DNA from: Octopus bimaculoides
Taxonomy: Eukaryota
Direction of reading: 5' to 3'
Assembly: GCF_001194135.2 (NCBI RefSeq)
Contig: NC_068983.1
Coordinates: 85,066,876 to 85,130,875 of the forward strand
DNA length: 64,000 nt
Below are positions 26,574 through 41,057 of this stretch, piece by piece (the first letter of the stretch is position 1; the number at the start of each line of letters is the position of its first letter). Under the pieces are notes generated by a model, which did no database searches, had not been told where the DNA came from, and was given only the letters and a program-made list of their open reading frames with translations. The position numbers and the translations under genes are program-made.

Positions 26574-26654
<81 letters not shown>
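26574..26654. repeat. (CT)n microsatellite
   Basis: Direct. Confidence 0.98.
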
Positions 26655-26657
<3 letters not shown>

Positions 26658-28227
26658 CCGTTTAGCTGTTAGGTAAACCATTAAACCGATATTATTGACT
26701 CAACTAACTGTGAATTTCAAATATTTAGTGATTCGCAGCCTTCAGTGTATTTTCCAGTGTTTGATTTACTTTCCTTACAGGGCTCAACCGTCCCAAATTT
26801 CCATTTAAGCCCTCCCTTAAATTACAGTGTGTTTCCTTTGTTTAATCAGTACTAAAACCAATATTACGAGCAAAACTGAAAATTTTGATTTGTGGGAAAC
26901 GAATTGTTGCCGCAAAGCTCATTTATTTTAAGTACATTTATTTTAAAAACGAAAAGGTAATTTCTCTTACTCTCAGTCAAAAACAAGTAATTAATGCGAT
27001 ATGAACACATTATTTGAAAACTTTTAAAACGATTGACAGTAATTTCCAAGGGCTAAATAGCAGTAGTATATTCCCTTATTGGGACTGTCACGTTAACTTG
27101 GCAGTATACAACTACTTTATCGCATCACTACTGCTTAAGTCTCTCAGAGATTTAGAAATCTATTATTTCTAGTATTAGTTATATTTAAATCAAAATATAA
27201 TTAAAGGGAAATAACTCTAAAGGAAACTATTTTCTCCATAGCTGCACAAAACTTGAAAATGTTATAAGAATTGTGGAGCCTTGACTAATGAATTAAATGC
27301 CATAAAGCAATGGCTTGGCCCTAGCTGGAGTTTCTCCTATATCATTAGGACTGCATCATTCATGTTATCACATACTTTGCATACTATCATCATCATCATC
27401 GTTTAACGTCCATCTTCCATACTGGCATGGGTGGGACGGTTTGACAAAAGCTGGCCGCAAATTTTTTTTTCCCACGCGAGTTCCGGACCCAGTAGTGAAC
27501 TCATTTGCATACAGCTAATCAGAGCTCAACTATCAAACTAATTTATGAGCGCATAACAAGTGATGGGCGATAAGATAAGGTCACTTGAGTAAGGAATGAC
27601 CATGCTTCTTTCCACTTTTGATAATACTTGTTCTTGTTCTTGGTTCAATCATAGCTGCCTCTGCGTAGTTATTTGTGTTGTTGTTTCCTTTGTAAAACAA
27701 TAATGGGAGAGGGTTGCTTGGACATCACCCTCTACCCACATTTTTCCCATCCATATCTTTACCATATGGGGCCCTAACAAAATCTGATAATAGGTATAGA
27801 TGCAAATCTATCTAATTACTTGTCTCNNNNNNNNNNNNNNNNNNNNNNNNNNNNNNNNNNNNNNNNNNNNNNNNNNNNNNNNNNNNNNNNNNNNNNNNNN
27901 NNNNNNNNNNNNNNNNNNNNNNNNNNNNNNNNNNNNNNNNNNNNNNNNNNNNNNNNNNNNNNNNNNNNNNNNNNNNNNNNNNNNNNNNNNNNNNNNNNNN
28001 NNNNNNNNNNNNNNNNNNNNNNNNNNNNNNNNNNNNNNNNNNNNNNNNNNNNNNNNNNNNNNNNNTTTTATTGCATTTCACTGTTTTTTCTCTTTCTTTC
28101 TCTTCCTCCTTTATGTAAATCCCCACTCAAATTGTTGTCCGTCTTTGTGATGTACCCCTCATCTATGCTCCTATGGCGAATAAAAAAAAAACTACTACTA
28201 GTACTACTACTAGTACTACTACTACTA

Positions 28228-28740
28228 AGGCAGCGAGCTGGCAGAATCATTAGCATGCAGGACAAAATGCTTAGCAGCATTTCGTCCGTCTTAACAATCT
28301 GAGTTCAAATGTCACCAAGGTCAACTTTGCCTTTCATCCTTTTGATGTCAATAAAATAAATACCAGTTGAACAATGGAGTCGATGTAACTGACTCATCCC
28401 TTCCCCCAAAATTGCTGGCCTTGTGCCAAAATTTTAAACTATTTTTTTTTTCCGGCTTTGTAATTGACTTAAATGCTCCTCCAAAACTACTGGTCTTGTG
28501 CAAGTTTTAACCCACAATGAAAGCAATGAGATAGCAGAATCGTTAGAACACTGGATAAAATGCTTAGCTGTATTTCTTCTGGTTCCTTACATTCTGAGTT
28601 CAAATGTCACTAAGATTGATTGACTTTGCTTTCCATCCCTTTGGGGCCAATAAAATAAGTACAAATCAAGCACTGAGGTCGATGTAACTGGCGAGTCATC
28701 AGTTAGCAAAATTTTAGGCCATTCCTATAGTAGGAAGGAT
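28228..28740 (+). mobile_element. Two family A SINE copies in tandem, after a (TAC)n tract
   Basis: ggcagcgagctggcagaatcattagc...ctgagttcaaatgtcacc... seen twice. Confidence 0.85.
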
Positions 28741-30052
28741 TATTATTATTTGTTTAGCCCTATGCCAGTGAATATTCAACAGACTTATAATCTGATGGAG
28801 TGTTTCAACTGTAACCATCCTGTCTTTTAGCAAATGTGTACTTATCCTTCCTTTTTTAAGATGGTAAGCTGTGATCTTAATGGTATTTCATATTAGTCTA
28901 AACAATTTCTTTTGTGGGTGATACCACACAAGTCAACAAGAGTAAACTTCTCAAGTCAGTGACGAAGCCTCTGTGGAGGTATGATCCATAAGCAGTCAAA
29001 TTTCCCTCATATTATATCCTATTGTCTTGAAAACTGGAAACGCACATTACATAATCTAGTTCTAGATTCACTAAGAAAGAGATAGAATGCTGGTGGCTAT
29101 AATGCTCAGGAATTAATAAGTGTTTTAATAAATTATAGAGTCCTTTTGCTGATTAAGGAGTGCTTTAATTATTTGTGAGTTTTCTCTAGTAGATATGAAA
29201 CCTTAAACAAGCTGCTTTAATTATATATTTTTTCATTAATTAATGCAAGGGAAAGAAGCAGTATTCAAAGCTTGTAGGTTGTCTTGAACAGGAGAATAAT
29301 CAATAGCTTTGTGAAGTTGATGCACCAGATATTTATTATAAACTTTCATGTGTTAGCATTTTGAAGTAATTGGAAGGATATTACATTTTCATAAATCTGC
29401 AATTAAGATGTTGCTAAATGTAGACTTAGAAGATGACATTGAAATGCATGTGTGTGCACACACATGCTTACTACATGTTAGAAGTGTAACCATTATTCTA
29501 ATATAGAAAGTGCTTATGCCTTGAGCAAGATTCTAATTGTATCAGGTAATTATTGTCATACTTATTCACTCTTCATGTAATTTGTTTCAAAAATCTTTCT
29601 TAAAAAATATCACATTTCTTTCGGAGAATTCTTATAACATCAGCAATATATCGTTAAAGTCATCAACAGCAAAGCTGAAGAGGTTTATATATTACAGAAT
29701 AACTGTTGAAGTTAAACGGCTCAAACAAAACTACATAACTAGGGGCTAATTGGGATGTATATTTACAGATTAAAAACCTGCAAAATACACATGGCCAACA
29801 ATTTTGATGGAAAATGATTAGTTGATAACATCAACCCCACAGCTAGACAGACTGGTACTTTATTTTATCTAAAACAAAGCAAAAGGTAACTAATAAAGCA
29901 ACTTGGTCTGAAAACCTGTTTCTAAAGAATTTTTGGAGGCAAGTAATAGTTACAAACACAAAGATTTGTTCTTAAAAGCAAAGTGTGTTTCTTCATCTTC
30001 AACATCAGATTTTCTTTCTTACTGTACACCAACATGACTTGTTAAATATGAA

Positions 30053-30281
30053 TTAACCCTTTAGCATGCAGAATACTCTGTCAAACGTAATGCTTATTTA
30101 TTCGCATTATCTTGAGTTGATCATGCATTATTTTGTAACTTTGCGAGTTTGTACAAGGAAGCAGTTAATTTTTAGAATGATAATGTAGGGTTGGTGTGAG
30201 AGGTCAGGTCTGACCAGTTTGAACATAAAACAGGTAGAATATTTTGGCTGGATACGACTGATTTGAATGCTAAAGGGTTAA
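30053..30281. mobile_element. TTAA-flanked MITE (piggyBac-like termini)
   Basis: TTAA-ccctttagcat ... atgctaaaggg-TTAA; family also at 48527-48750, 51359-51574 and truncated at ~43197-43360. Confidence 0.85.
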
Positions 30282-30309
30282 GCTGGATACAATGGAACCA
30301 CTGTTTATG

Positions 30310-32200
30310 AATGCCTCATGTTTTTATTACCCACAAGGGGCTAAATATAGAGCTTTATACAGTACAAAAGACAATACAAAACATAAAATCGGGGAAATAA
30401 AAATACAAAAAGGAAATCAAGCAAAGAAGAAAAAATAAAAGAAACAAACGAAATTATGAATAATGATAAAATGATGTGCAATGCCCACTCAACCCCCGAA
30501 GTCAAGTGCTTACATTTACAAATGATTTTGGAGGTTTTTCTCTTTTTTTTTTGAAAACAAAAAGTTCATATTTTCATCATCGTTTTTTTTTTTCTATACT
30601 GTTCATAATTACATCTCCAATCTTCTTAATTCCTCATATTCCACAACCCGCCTATCATACTCACCAATCCACCATATGTATCCATAAATCCTTCATATCT
30701 TTCTTCATTCTCTAGAATTCCTCTATCATTTTTGTTAAATTCCTCTCTGGGCAGCTTCACCCTCACCAGTCCTTTCCACCTCCACACTCTTTTCATAGAT
30801 TATCAAGAATCTTTTATGACTACTATTTTTTTTCTCTTGGTTTTTTTTCTCTACTGCTTGTGTATGTTTAAGTTTAGACTGTTCCCTTCCTTTTTGGGGT
30901 GTCCTCTCAGTTTCTGTTGCTGGTCCCTACGAGTGTTCCCTTGACTTTGCCTTCTTTCCCCTTTTGGGGCTGACAAACCCATCACTCTCCTCCTTTGCCA
31001 CTTTCGTTCTGTCTTCATTAGTCTTTTCTTTCTCTTTTGCATCTCTGATGCACTTTGCATCGCTTTTCTCCTCTCTGTCTTTCTTTGTTTCAATTTTTTC
31101 TTCCATCTCCATTTCTTGATCTTTTTCCACTACTTTCTCACTCTGAGTATGTTCATACTTGGGGCACTGTGTCTTCATATGACCCCTTACTCCACATATG
31201 TAACAATTGGGTCGACAACCCTCTACAATAACTTTAAACGAACTTTCCTCTGCAAAATCTCTATCTGGTATGGGATCCTCTCAATGTCTTCAAAAGTAGC
31301 AAAAAGCCACATCTTAACACCACATCGCCACCAGTTTAACATGTTTGTTCTTCCTACCAGTTCCAACTCTGGATTGTCCTCAGTGGCAGCCAGAATAGCT
31401 GCCACCAACCACTCTGTTTTTATTTCAGGTGGCACTCTCCTTATTCGGATTCGAACACTGCACCTGCCCATATATGTGGGCAGCAGCAATACCTTGTCCA
31501 ACTGCAGAATAGTGGTGCAATGTGAGGCCGCCTATTCTTTGGTGATAAATCTCACTTCCACCGTGCTGTACTTCTTTCCTCTGCTCACAAATTTTGCTTT
31601 CTTCATAATGGCTCCCAGACATTCTTCAATATCGTCTATCGGTAATATTTCTATTTTGTTGGTGGCGACCACTTGTGTGCGGTAAACACTGTCCTATCAC
31701 TTGTTGTTCACTGTTTCTTCTGGAGGGACCAGCTTGATAGTGTCTCCCTCTCTTTGTACAAGTTGTTCACTTCTTATGATTTCTTCCATGTTAACTTTTA
31801 TCTGCTTTGCTTCCAGCGGCATAGCTGCTCCCACTGCAGCAGTCTTTGCATAGCTTTCATGATGAAAAGCTAATATTTTCACCCCAACAACGGGAAGAAA
31901 AACAGCAAAAAACAATTACGCACAAGTCGCTTCAGCAATTATTAACAGTAATAATAACAATATCAACAGACAATCTCAAAAAGACAACCTTCCTCAATCA
32001 AACCGTGGTAAAAAATGACTGACTCCTCGCTCGGTCTACGAATGCCTATCATGAACAAATTGGATTATGAACAATTTTTCAAACATAAGATGATAAACTG
32101 TCACAAGTAACAAACAAGCAAGTCAGTAACAACAGTTGGCGAAACGTTGGGAGAACCAACAAGAGAGCATCAGTTGATGTCCAGCTTTCATTCAGTATAC
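30310..32200 (-). mobile_element. ORF1-only (HAL1-like) L1/Tx1-related retroelement, degenerate
   Basis: Frameshifted gag-like ORF1 (VRIRIRRVPPEIKTEWLVAAIL..., GHMKTQCPKY knuckle remnant, K/E-rich tail), then directly a 3' tail ending cccttgtgggtAATAAA. No APE or RT seen. Confidence 0.62.
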
Positions 32201-34947
32201 ATCGTTGCTCAAATTCACCATGCTTTCTTTTAAATTTCTTATGGGAAAAATAGTTTCCATTTAAGAAAATTCTGAATAATGAACCACTTCTAGGAATGAA
32301 TTAAATTTATAAAGTGAGGTTCCACTATATTTATTTATTTAAAATTCTTCTCAACGAAGATCAATGGAATCTTCCTTCATGAAGCAATCCTATTCAGTAA
32401 ACTATGAAAATGTTAAACAAATTGCTTTGAGGCCAACATGCAATATTTCTGATTAATTAGAGAAGAGTCAAATGCCTGAAGCTAAATATAGTTCTTGATT
32501 TTTCTTTCTCTTTTAATACTTGTAATGCCCAAGATATTTTATATAAATAGATGAATGCATTTCTTTTTGCTATAATTGGATGGGTTTTTTTGTTTTTTTT
32601 TTATCAAAGTAAATAAGTACCATCTTTCATTTCTATTAATATTCTTAATGCTAACAACAGATAAGAGATTATTAGAAAAGGAAGAGTCATCATTAAAGCT
32701 CTTTTGTTGACAAGGAAAGGAAACCTTATTTTTATTAATTGGCGACTGACAACAAATGGCTTTTAATTGAAATATTTTTTAGACAAATAATATCACTGCC
32801 TGATTAAGAAGTTCACTTCTCAATCGTGGTTTTGGATTCAGTTCTATTGTACAACACTTTGGGTATCATCTACCACGGCAGCCAGGCTGACCAGTCTTGA
32901 GAGTTGATTTTTGGAGACAAAAACATTGTGTGTGTGTGTGTGTGTGTATATCTATATAAATGCGTGTGGGTATTTATATCTTCCTTGCTTGTTATCAGTT
33001 CTATCACCAAATCCTCTGCACCTTAATTAAAATATTAGTGGCAGGAAAGGCATCCAGCTGTAAAAATGATCCATGATAACATGCATCTAACCCATGCAAA
33101 CATAGAAAACAAATGTAAAAATGAATTAAATGGTATTTATAGTCAAAATGTTATTCTTCTCTATTTACTGTTGACATTGGCTCATATTATTTTAGGCTAG
33201 CCAGTAATATACATACACACACACACACACACACTGGAATGAGTATGATTTCAAGGGAGAAAACTAAAAGCGAATCAACTTGAAAATTTAAATTTCAAAC
33301 ATATAAATGTCATCCAGTTAACTGAAATTATTTTAATGTCTGATTCAGAAGACCATATAAGTCAAACTTGTACATGACAGTTGACATAAACATTGTCATA
33401 TCAGGGTAGCACCAGGCTAGTACTGATCAAGCAGACTTACGATCAAATGAATCCAAGCCATAAAATAGAATGTAACCAGGACTGCATTATCTAATGTGTC
33501 CATCTATTTTAAAGATGGCATGTTGTAATTTGAATAAGGTTTTGCAGTTATTCTTGCAAATTGACAAACCAAATGGAGGCTCCATAAGTAAAGCTAACTT
33601 CTTTCTTTCTTCATGCCATACACTATAAGTCACTGAGTGTAATCATTGTAATTAGACCAGTAACCTATCTTGCACAAAAATTAATGTATAATATAAATGC
33701 ATTGATTTCAGTCATTAAACCCTTTAAAGCTTTTACACAAGGAAAAATGTCATTACTGATACTTATTTTACCAATCCCAGAATGATAATAGACAAATTTA
33801 TCTTAGCAGGGGCTAAACTTAAAACCACCTAAGGTTAAAACCCAAAACTGTCCAACAGTTAATGTTTCAATAATTTACCCCAAGACCTTGATTAGATCTC
33901 CTGTAGGGTTTCCTTACTAGCTACAGATGCCAGTATTTCAAATATGTTATGCAAATATACAATTAAAAACAAAAATTATTAAAAATGCAATGCATATAAT
34001 TAGCTTAGCTATAGCAATTTCTTGTGGAAGACATAGCAACCTTTGATGGAGTGCTGGTTGAGAAACAGCCCAAGATCATTTTAATATAACATGTCAACAT
34101 AGGGCAACACTTCATTTGAGTGTTCTTGTTGAGATGTTTTTCCAGTGTACCTCTGTATATATCCAAAGATCAGTTAGTGACATAAATCTGAAAACTGATT
34201 GTGTATCTTCTCAAATTTTTGTTTTTTATAGTCACTTTTATGATACAAGTGGTCACATCAAGACAGATTTTTTCTGTTAAATTCTTTAACATCAAACAAG
34301 TCAATACAGCTTCTTGCTGGGAGTTTTGAAGAGTAAATCTATCAAATTTAAAGGGGATGTTAATTTTGAATGAAATAATTTTAATACTTTGGCATTTACT
34401 TGTCACAAACCTAACACACTACATATATAAACATTGTTGGCACGCTGGTAATTCATAGAATTTCTTCCAAGCTAATGAGCAAATAAAAGAAATAGCAGCC
34501 AAATCTCTCTCTCAAATCATATTCAACAGGCTTTTTTTATGAAAAGAAGGATGTATTGAATAGTTAAGCCCTCATACACTTCAATCAGCTCCAACAAAGC
34601 TGACCTGAAACTACACAACATCGACTGGGGTAACAAAGACCAAATGTTAATATTAGACCTGATTAACAGTAACAACATAGCATATTTAGAATTACTAGCT
34701 TAATTCAAAAGCTATAAACCCTACCAAAATAACAAAACAAAAAAAAGACAATATTTTTAGGTGCAGACATGGATGTGGTAAGAAGTTTGCTACCCAACCA
34801 CATGGTTCTGGGTTCAGTCTCACTGCATATGTCTCCTACTATAGCCAAGACAAGTGTCTCCTACTATAACCCCAGGGCTAACCAAAGATTTATGAGTGGA
34901 TCTGATGGAAACTAAAAGAAGCCTGTTGTATGTATGTATGTATGTAT

Positions 34948-35330
34948 GTATGGCAGAAACCAAGGCTACACTTTAAGGACTGTGTCAAGTCCTCATTAAA
35001 GGCCTGTGATATGCAGGACACTGACTGGGAGAACAATGCCTGTCATCACCACGAATGGAGGAAGCAGGTTAAGGAGAGGATTGACACTTTTGAGAGCGCA
35101 CGTATCCAGCATGAAAAACTTAAGCAAGCTGCGTGAAAGCGCACGGCTCATATAGTGAATGGGGAAAGCTTCATCTGCAATGTTTGCAGTCGTGTATGCT
35201 TGTCATGAGCAGGGCTCATTAGCCACCAGCAGAGCCGCAAATGCAAAATGTAAGTTAGTCCCAGAGCGCACAATGTTCCTGAAGGTCAGCAATGGTCTTC
35301 CTTGGTCACGAGTGGACGGCCATCACATCA
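34948..35330 (+). mobile_element. RTE (BovB-like) LINE 3' fragment
   Basis: KPRLHFKDCVKSSLKACD...W...WRKQVKE; FICNVCSRVCLS.AGLISH C2H2-like terminus. Confidence 0.8.
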
Positions 35331-35778
35331 TGTATGTATGTGTGTGTGTAGGGTATCCAGCCATAGAAACAATGTCACAACATACAGTTGGAGTTTGGAC
35401 AGCTCCCTGCTAGCCAGCTCCATGTCAAACCATCCAACCCATACTAACATGGAAGGTGGATGTTAAATGATGATGATGATGATATATATATAAGTGTGCA
35501 TGTGTGTGTTTCTATGTGTGTATTTGTGTTTGTGCCCCACCACCACTTGACAACTGGTGTTGGTTTATTTATGACCTCATAACTTGACAGTTTGGCAAAA
35601 AGAAAGCAAATAAGTACTGCAGTCGATTTGTTCAACTAAATCCTTCAAGGTGATGCTCCAGCATGGCTGCTTTCCAATGACTGAAACAAGTAAAAGAAAC
35701 AATGAATAGTAAATATTCTAGGTTTCATCAAAATTCTATAAAAAAAAGAACCCAAAGACAATGAAAAAGAAAACAAAA

Positions 35779-35784
35779 TTTATT
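35779..35784 (-). terminator. MRPS17: Putative AATAAA poly(A) signal of MRPS17
   Basis: tttatt on the plus strand, ~93 nt past the TGA stop. Confidence 0.5.
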
Positions 35785-35876
35785 CAATAAATTCCTATAA
35801 AAAAAACAGTCATATTTCAAATGTCTAAACCAATGTTCAATAGATGTTATATTTTAAGATAATTAAGTATGGTGTA

Positions 35877-36113
35877 TCAGGAAGGTTTATTAAGTAGTTT
35901 TTCCCTGATTTCCATGTCAACAAACTTAGTCCCAGCACAATTTTTTCCAGTGATAGGATCCACTACAGCACCATTTTTGAACAGCAGGCTTTGGATTTGA
36001 TGAGTAATCTGAAGAGAGGGCCGCTCTTTCAGTCTGTCAATTACAACTACATCGCCAATATCGCATATTTTCTGTGGATCAAGTGCCCAGTAGGAAGAAC
36101 GCTTGTTGAAGTA
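35877..36113 (-). CDS. MRPS17: Mitochondrial ribosomal protein S17 (uS17m), coding exon 2 (last)
   Basis: tttttcag|TACTTC acceptor, phase 0; YFNKRSSYWALDPQKICDIGDVVVI...LFKNGAVVDPITGKNCAG matches MRPS17 motifs (YFNKRK..AHD..C.VGD, VIDPVTGKPCAG); TGA at 35879-35877. Confidence 0.96.
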   Translation of the reverse strand, partial: YFNKRSSYWALDPQKICDIGDVVVIDRLKERPSLQITHQIQSLLFKNGAVVDPITGKNCAGTKFVDMEIREKLLNKPS

Positions 36114-36545
36114 CTGAAAAATATTAATAAGCATATTTAGAGAGCAAATATTACATCATACATATACACATACACAAACACAATCACATATAGAAACATA
36201 CATATATATATACACACACACACATACAGACACATATACACCTACATATCCACACATACATACATACAAATTAAAGAAAATGGACTTAACGACATTATTT
36301 AAAATCACTGCAATTGTTTTGATGCATTCTCACACCAGTAGTTCATAGTTGAAATGTTACACAGCCATCATCTTACATCCTAGGTGTAGAATGCATCTCC
36401 TCAGGTAAGATAACCTACAAGATTTTTACCCAAATTTCACTTAACTATACATACATATTTACATATATATATGTGTGTGTGTGTATATATNNNNNNNNNN
36501 NNNNNNNNNNNNNNNNNNNNNNNNNNNNNNNNNNNNNNNNNTATA

Positions 36546-37796
36546 TATCAGGCTGAGCAAAAGTTAAGCAATGTTTTGAAACATGAAATTCATTACAATA
36601 TTTTTCGTCAATGCAGAAATTTTATCCATCAAAGAAAGTACCATTACAATCAACACATTTTTGCCAACGAGTTCATTTATTCCGGTAACATAAAAATCTG
36701 GGGTTCTGGAGCTGATGAACTCTTTGAATGCACTTTCAGCATTGGTTTGATTTTTGAACTCCTTCTCTTACAGGAAACCACCAAGGTGGTTGGAAAAGTG
36801 GTAGTTGGTCGGAGAAAGGTCTGGGGAATAAGCTGGGTGGGGAAGAACTTTGTAGACAAGTTCCCTCAACTTCTGGAGTGTCATTAGTGAAATGTGTGGT
36901 CAAGCATTGTCATGAAGAATAACTGGCCCTCTTCTGTTGACCAGTCTGGGATGGAGGAGTAGCAGTTTTCTGGGCAATTTCACAGCAATATGTTTCTACA
37001 GTAATGGTTTTTCCAGGTTTTAAGAAGTTATATTCGAGGAGTCCAACAGTACACCACCAAGCAGTCACCATAACCTTCTTTTTGAAGAGCTCGGGTTAAG
37101 GGAAAGTTGTCAGTGCTTCATTTTGGTCCAACTACTGAGAAGAATATTTTTTATCATTGTACAGAATCCACTTTTCATCACAAGTTACAATACGGTCAAG
37201 AAATGGATTGGCCTAGTTATAGAGAAGAAGCAACAAGCAAATTTCATATCTGCGCATTTTCTGATTTTCATTCAAATTGTGTGGTACCCATTTGTTGAGC
37301 TTTTTTGATTTTCCGATTGCATGCAAATGGTTGCAGGCAGTTTTCTGGCTAACTTGAAGTTCTGTTGCCAGTTCTCAAGTGGTTTTACTTAGATCTTTCT
37401 CAATGACGGTCTTTAATTGACCGTCATTGATGACAGATAGGCATCCACTACACTCACGAACTTCAAGGCTCAGGTTTCCACTGCGAAATCGTTTAAACCA
37501 TTTTCGAGTTGAACGCTCACTGGTCATTTCCTCGATATTGCGAGCAGTTTCAGTAGCTTTTTGTGAAGTTGAATAGCAAAATTGCTCGAATATTGTGCTT
37601 TGACAGTTCCATTTCAGATGATTGTAACAACAGTGAAAAAAATAACAATGTTAATTTATTGATGCATTTGGGCAAGTCTATGTCTGTATTATTAGACAAT
37701 TGCAAAAAAATGTTTAAAAAAATTCAAAACTCTGCAAACATCCAGTACAAATTCTTCATGGTTCAAAACATTGCTTATTTTTTACTCAACCTGATA
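36546..37796 (-). mobile_element. Full-length decayed mariner in the MRPS17 intron
   Basis: TA-flanked TIRs tcaggctgagcaaaagttaagcaatgttttgaa / ttcaaaacattgcttattttttactcaacctga; minus-strand NHLHAIGKSKKLNKWVPHNL. Confidence 0.9.
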
Positions 37797-38609
37797 TCTT
37801 ATGTTACATTATATTGCATTATCTTATACTATATTATATAATGTATTAAAAATATGACTATGTTTGATTTTTTGTGTAGTTTTCATATTCAGTTATTAAT
37901 CCTTTATGCTTGGTTTGAAGCAATGAGTTCTGAATTTTATCAATCTGATATTTCATGAAATGCAAGCAGCACATTTTGTGGTAAGTTGCAAAGGGTCTCG
38001 GAAATCATTTTATAACTGAAAAATTCTTCAATGCCAGAATTAAAATTATATCTCATAAAACAGAACACACATAACCACAAGCTCAAACAATCACACCAGA
38101 ATGAAAATCTCCTGATTAACAGAAAACTACAAACTAACACACTACACACTGGATCATATAATCTTAGAAACCTGTTAACAGGGTTAATTAAGGTTGGTAT
38201 GTTTTTTGAGCAAAGCTGATTTGGAGTTAAATAACAATAAACTTGAGATAGCCTAAGCCTTCAAGGAATTACAACACCAATAAATATATTCAACATAAAA
38301 ATAAATATATTCAATAATATATTGAATAAATATATTCAACTATATTCAACATAATTAAATACCAAATTTAAGCATAACCACTATTATAAATTGACAGGAT
38401 CCTTGTGTGAGACTTTGTCATGATAACCTCACTTCAACCATCTGGCTGCTCACTTTGTAATTTCTGAGAAGACTGGAGCCTGGTGTAGCCATCTGGTTTC
38501 ACCAGTCCTCAGTCAAATCGTCCAACCCATGCTAGCATGGAAAGCAGATGTTAAACGATGATGATGATGATGACAGCAAGGAATGTAGAATGCAGAAAAA
38601 GGCTACTTA

Positions 38610-38830
38610 ATAAATAGTGGGTTCCAATTTTGGAACAAGGCCAGCAATTTTAGAACAAGGAGTAAGTCAATTACAACACCAGCAGTGCTCAACTAGTACT
38701 TATTTTATCAACCCTGAAAAGAATAAAAGGCAAAGTTGACCTAGGTGGAATTCAAACTCAGAATGTAAAGATGGATGAAATGCTGCTAAGCATTTTGCCG
38801 GCATGCTTACAATTCTGCCAGCTCACCAAC
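38610..38830 (-). mobile_element. Family A SINE
   Basis: aaaggcaaagttgacctaggtggaattcaaactcagaatg...ctgccagctcacc. Confidence 0.85.
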
Positions 38831-40940
38831 TTCTACTTTATAAATACTCCAACTTCTTTGCATGATACAAAGTAGTGTGCATAGAAACAATGAGACTATG
38901 AAATCTAAATGGTATAAAATTCATCAAGGTGGTAGGAAACAAAATTCAAGGAGAGATGAAAGCTTTGAGCTATTTCATATTTATTTCAAGCCACCAGTAC
39001 AATAGTAAAATGCAGTAGCACTGCCAAAGTGATGGCTACAACAGAAGACAGCAGAAAGTTAATGAAATATTTTACAAATGAATTTAGTCAATGGTCCATC
39101 TTAGTGGCAATAAAAAATTAGTAGCTGTAACATAGAAATAGAATAAATTTAATTTCCATAGCTACCCAGAGTCTGACTTCAGTATTTTATTTCTATCTGT
39201 ACACAATGTCACAAATACAGTTGATTAAATCAATCTCAGTGCTTGATTGGTACATATTTTATCAATCGACAAAGAATGAAAAGTATAGTCGACATAAAGA
39301 GCGTGACTAAAATACTTCAAAGAGTACCTCAACGACAAGTGATTGAGACCTCTGGCAATTTGCTATGCTTGAGAAGACACCAAAACAAGTGAAATCATAG
39401 TCATGACTAGTGCTGGTGACATGTAAAAGGCAGCCACTATACTCTTGGAGTGGTTGGCATTAGGAAGGGCATCCAGCTATGGAAACCAAGCTAAACCAGA
39501 TGATTATCATCATCATTTTTACAAATTTATATTCTATACATGGGAATTCATACAACTATGAAAAAAATTTTGGTGAAGGTAAAGAATATGCACACCAGGT
39601 GGTTAGGGTGAGGGTTTTTGTTAGGCTGAAAACGGGTGGTGTGCGTAGTCTTTAGCACTTACAAAATTTTTTATGTGTGTGATTTAAGGGCGATTTAGTT
39701 GTTATTTTTAGCACATCTCACGACCACCTTATCTTCTTTGTCTGTCACTCTGACATATTTATATTTTTCAATATTTTTCTCCCCATAAACACATTAAATG
39801 GAATGATCATGCACTGGAGTGTGCTCCATTGCCACATTTAAGCAAAAAAGCTCAGTCTGTCCGTATTTTAAGAGTGGACATTTGGGAATTTATGGGGTGA
39901 GAGTCGGGAAATCAGAAAAAAATTTGGTTAATGTTTACATCTTGAGCCAGAAATGAAAAGCCAAAAAAAAAAAATACTGGAATAGGTGTAAAACAATGTG
40001 TAGGAAATGAATAGGAAAAAAGAAAAAAAAAACGCGTGCAAAGCAACAGGAAGGTGCGGGAGAGGACTGCGGAACAAATATTACATGGTATTTTGTCCGA
40101 CGTTTTCACAATTCTGCCAGTCTACTAACCTTCATTATACTCAAAGGTGATGAAAATACCAGGCATTAAGGGAACCGGAAGTTATGTTGTTTTATAACTT
40201 TCCCCAAGGACAGTGAAGTCATTACTATCAAATTCAAGAGAACGAGTTAAATAACAATGCTCCGACGAAACTGGTTGAAAGCTGGTACCGAAAATCTGAA
40301 CTCTGAAACTAGATAACCAATCTCTTACATCACCACGACCGTGATCTCGAAAGACTATGTTACCCAGTATACCAAATACAAATTGAAACCGAAAAATTAT
40401 ATAAAATACTAGCATGAATGATAAGGATTAAATTTTACAAAGAAATAACCAGTAATGCTTCAACATTCAAGACATCGAACATATCTATATCTAATAATAG
40501 CTGTAGTAAAAAGGATAGTATTGCTGTCTTCATCTAGTAGTAACACCACTAGTTTGCAAAGGCGAGAGAACAAAACATCTTGCACGTGTATTCTTTTTTC
40601 TTATATTAGTTTCAGTTTTCTCTTTTCTACTCTCTATCATATATTGTTGAATTTATGAGCAGAATATGAAAGGATACCTAACGGTCTAGCACCGACTCTT
40701 CTACACATAAAAAATAATAATTCTTTTAAATTTTGACACGAAGCTATCAGTTTTGAAGGGAGGGGCAAGTCGATAACATCAATCTCCAGAACTTAACTGA
40801 TATTTTATTTTATCGACCACGAAAGAATGAAAAGCAAAGTCGCCCTTAGAATAATACGGAGCTTATATAGTACGATGTAGTCTATATTACAAAAAATAAG
40901 CAAATAAGAAAATTCTAATTAAAAAATATAAAAACTTTAC

Positions 40941-41057
40941 CTTTAACAGATATCTATCTAAAGAAAGTTTAAGACATTGCACTCTGTAGGCATGAGGGTT
41001 GACTGTACTTCGTTTAACAACATGTCCCACTAAGATTCTACGAACAGTAGCCGCCAT
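40941..41057 (-). CDS. MRPS17: MRPS17 coding exon 1
   Basis: ATG 41057; MAATVRRILVGHVVKRSTVNPHAYRVQCLKLSLDRYLLK (39 codons) then AAG|gtaaag donor; corresponds to IVGKV...RLVLDPYLLK of human MRPS17. Joined CDS is 117 aa. Confidence 0.93.
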
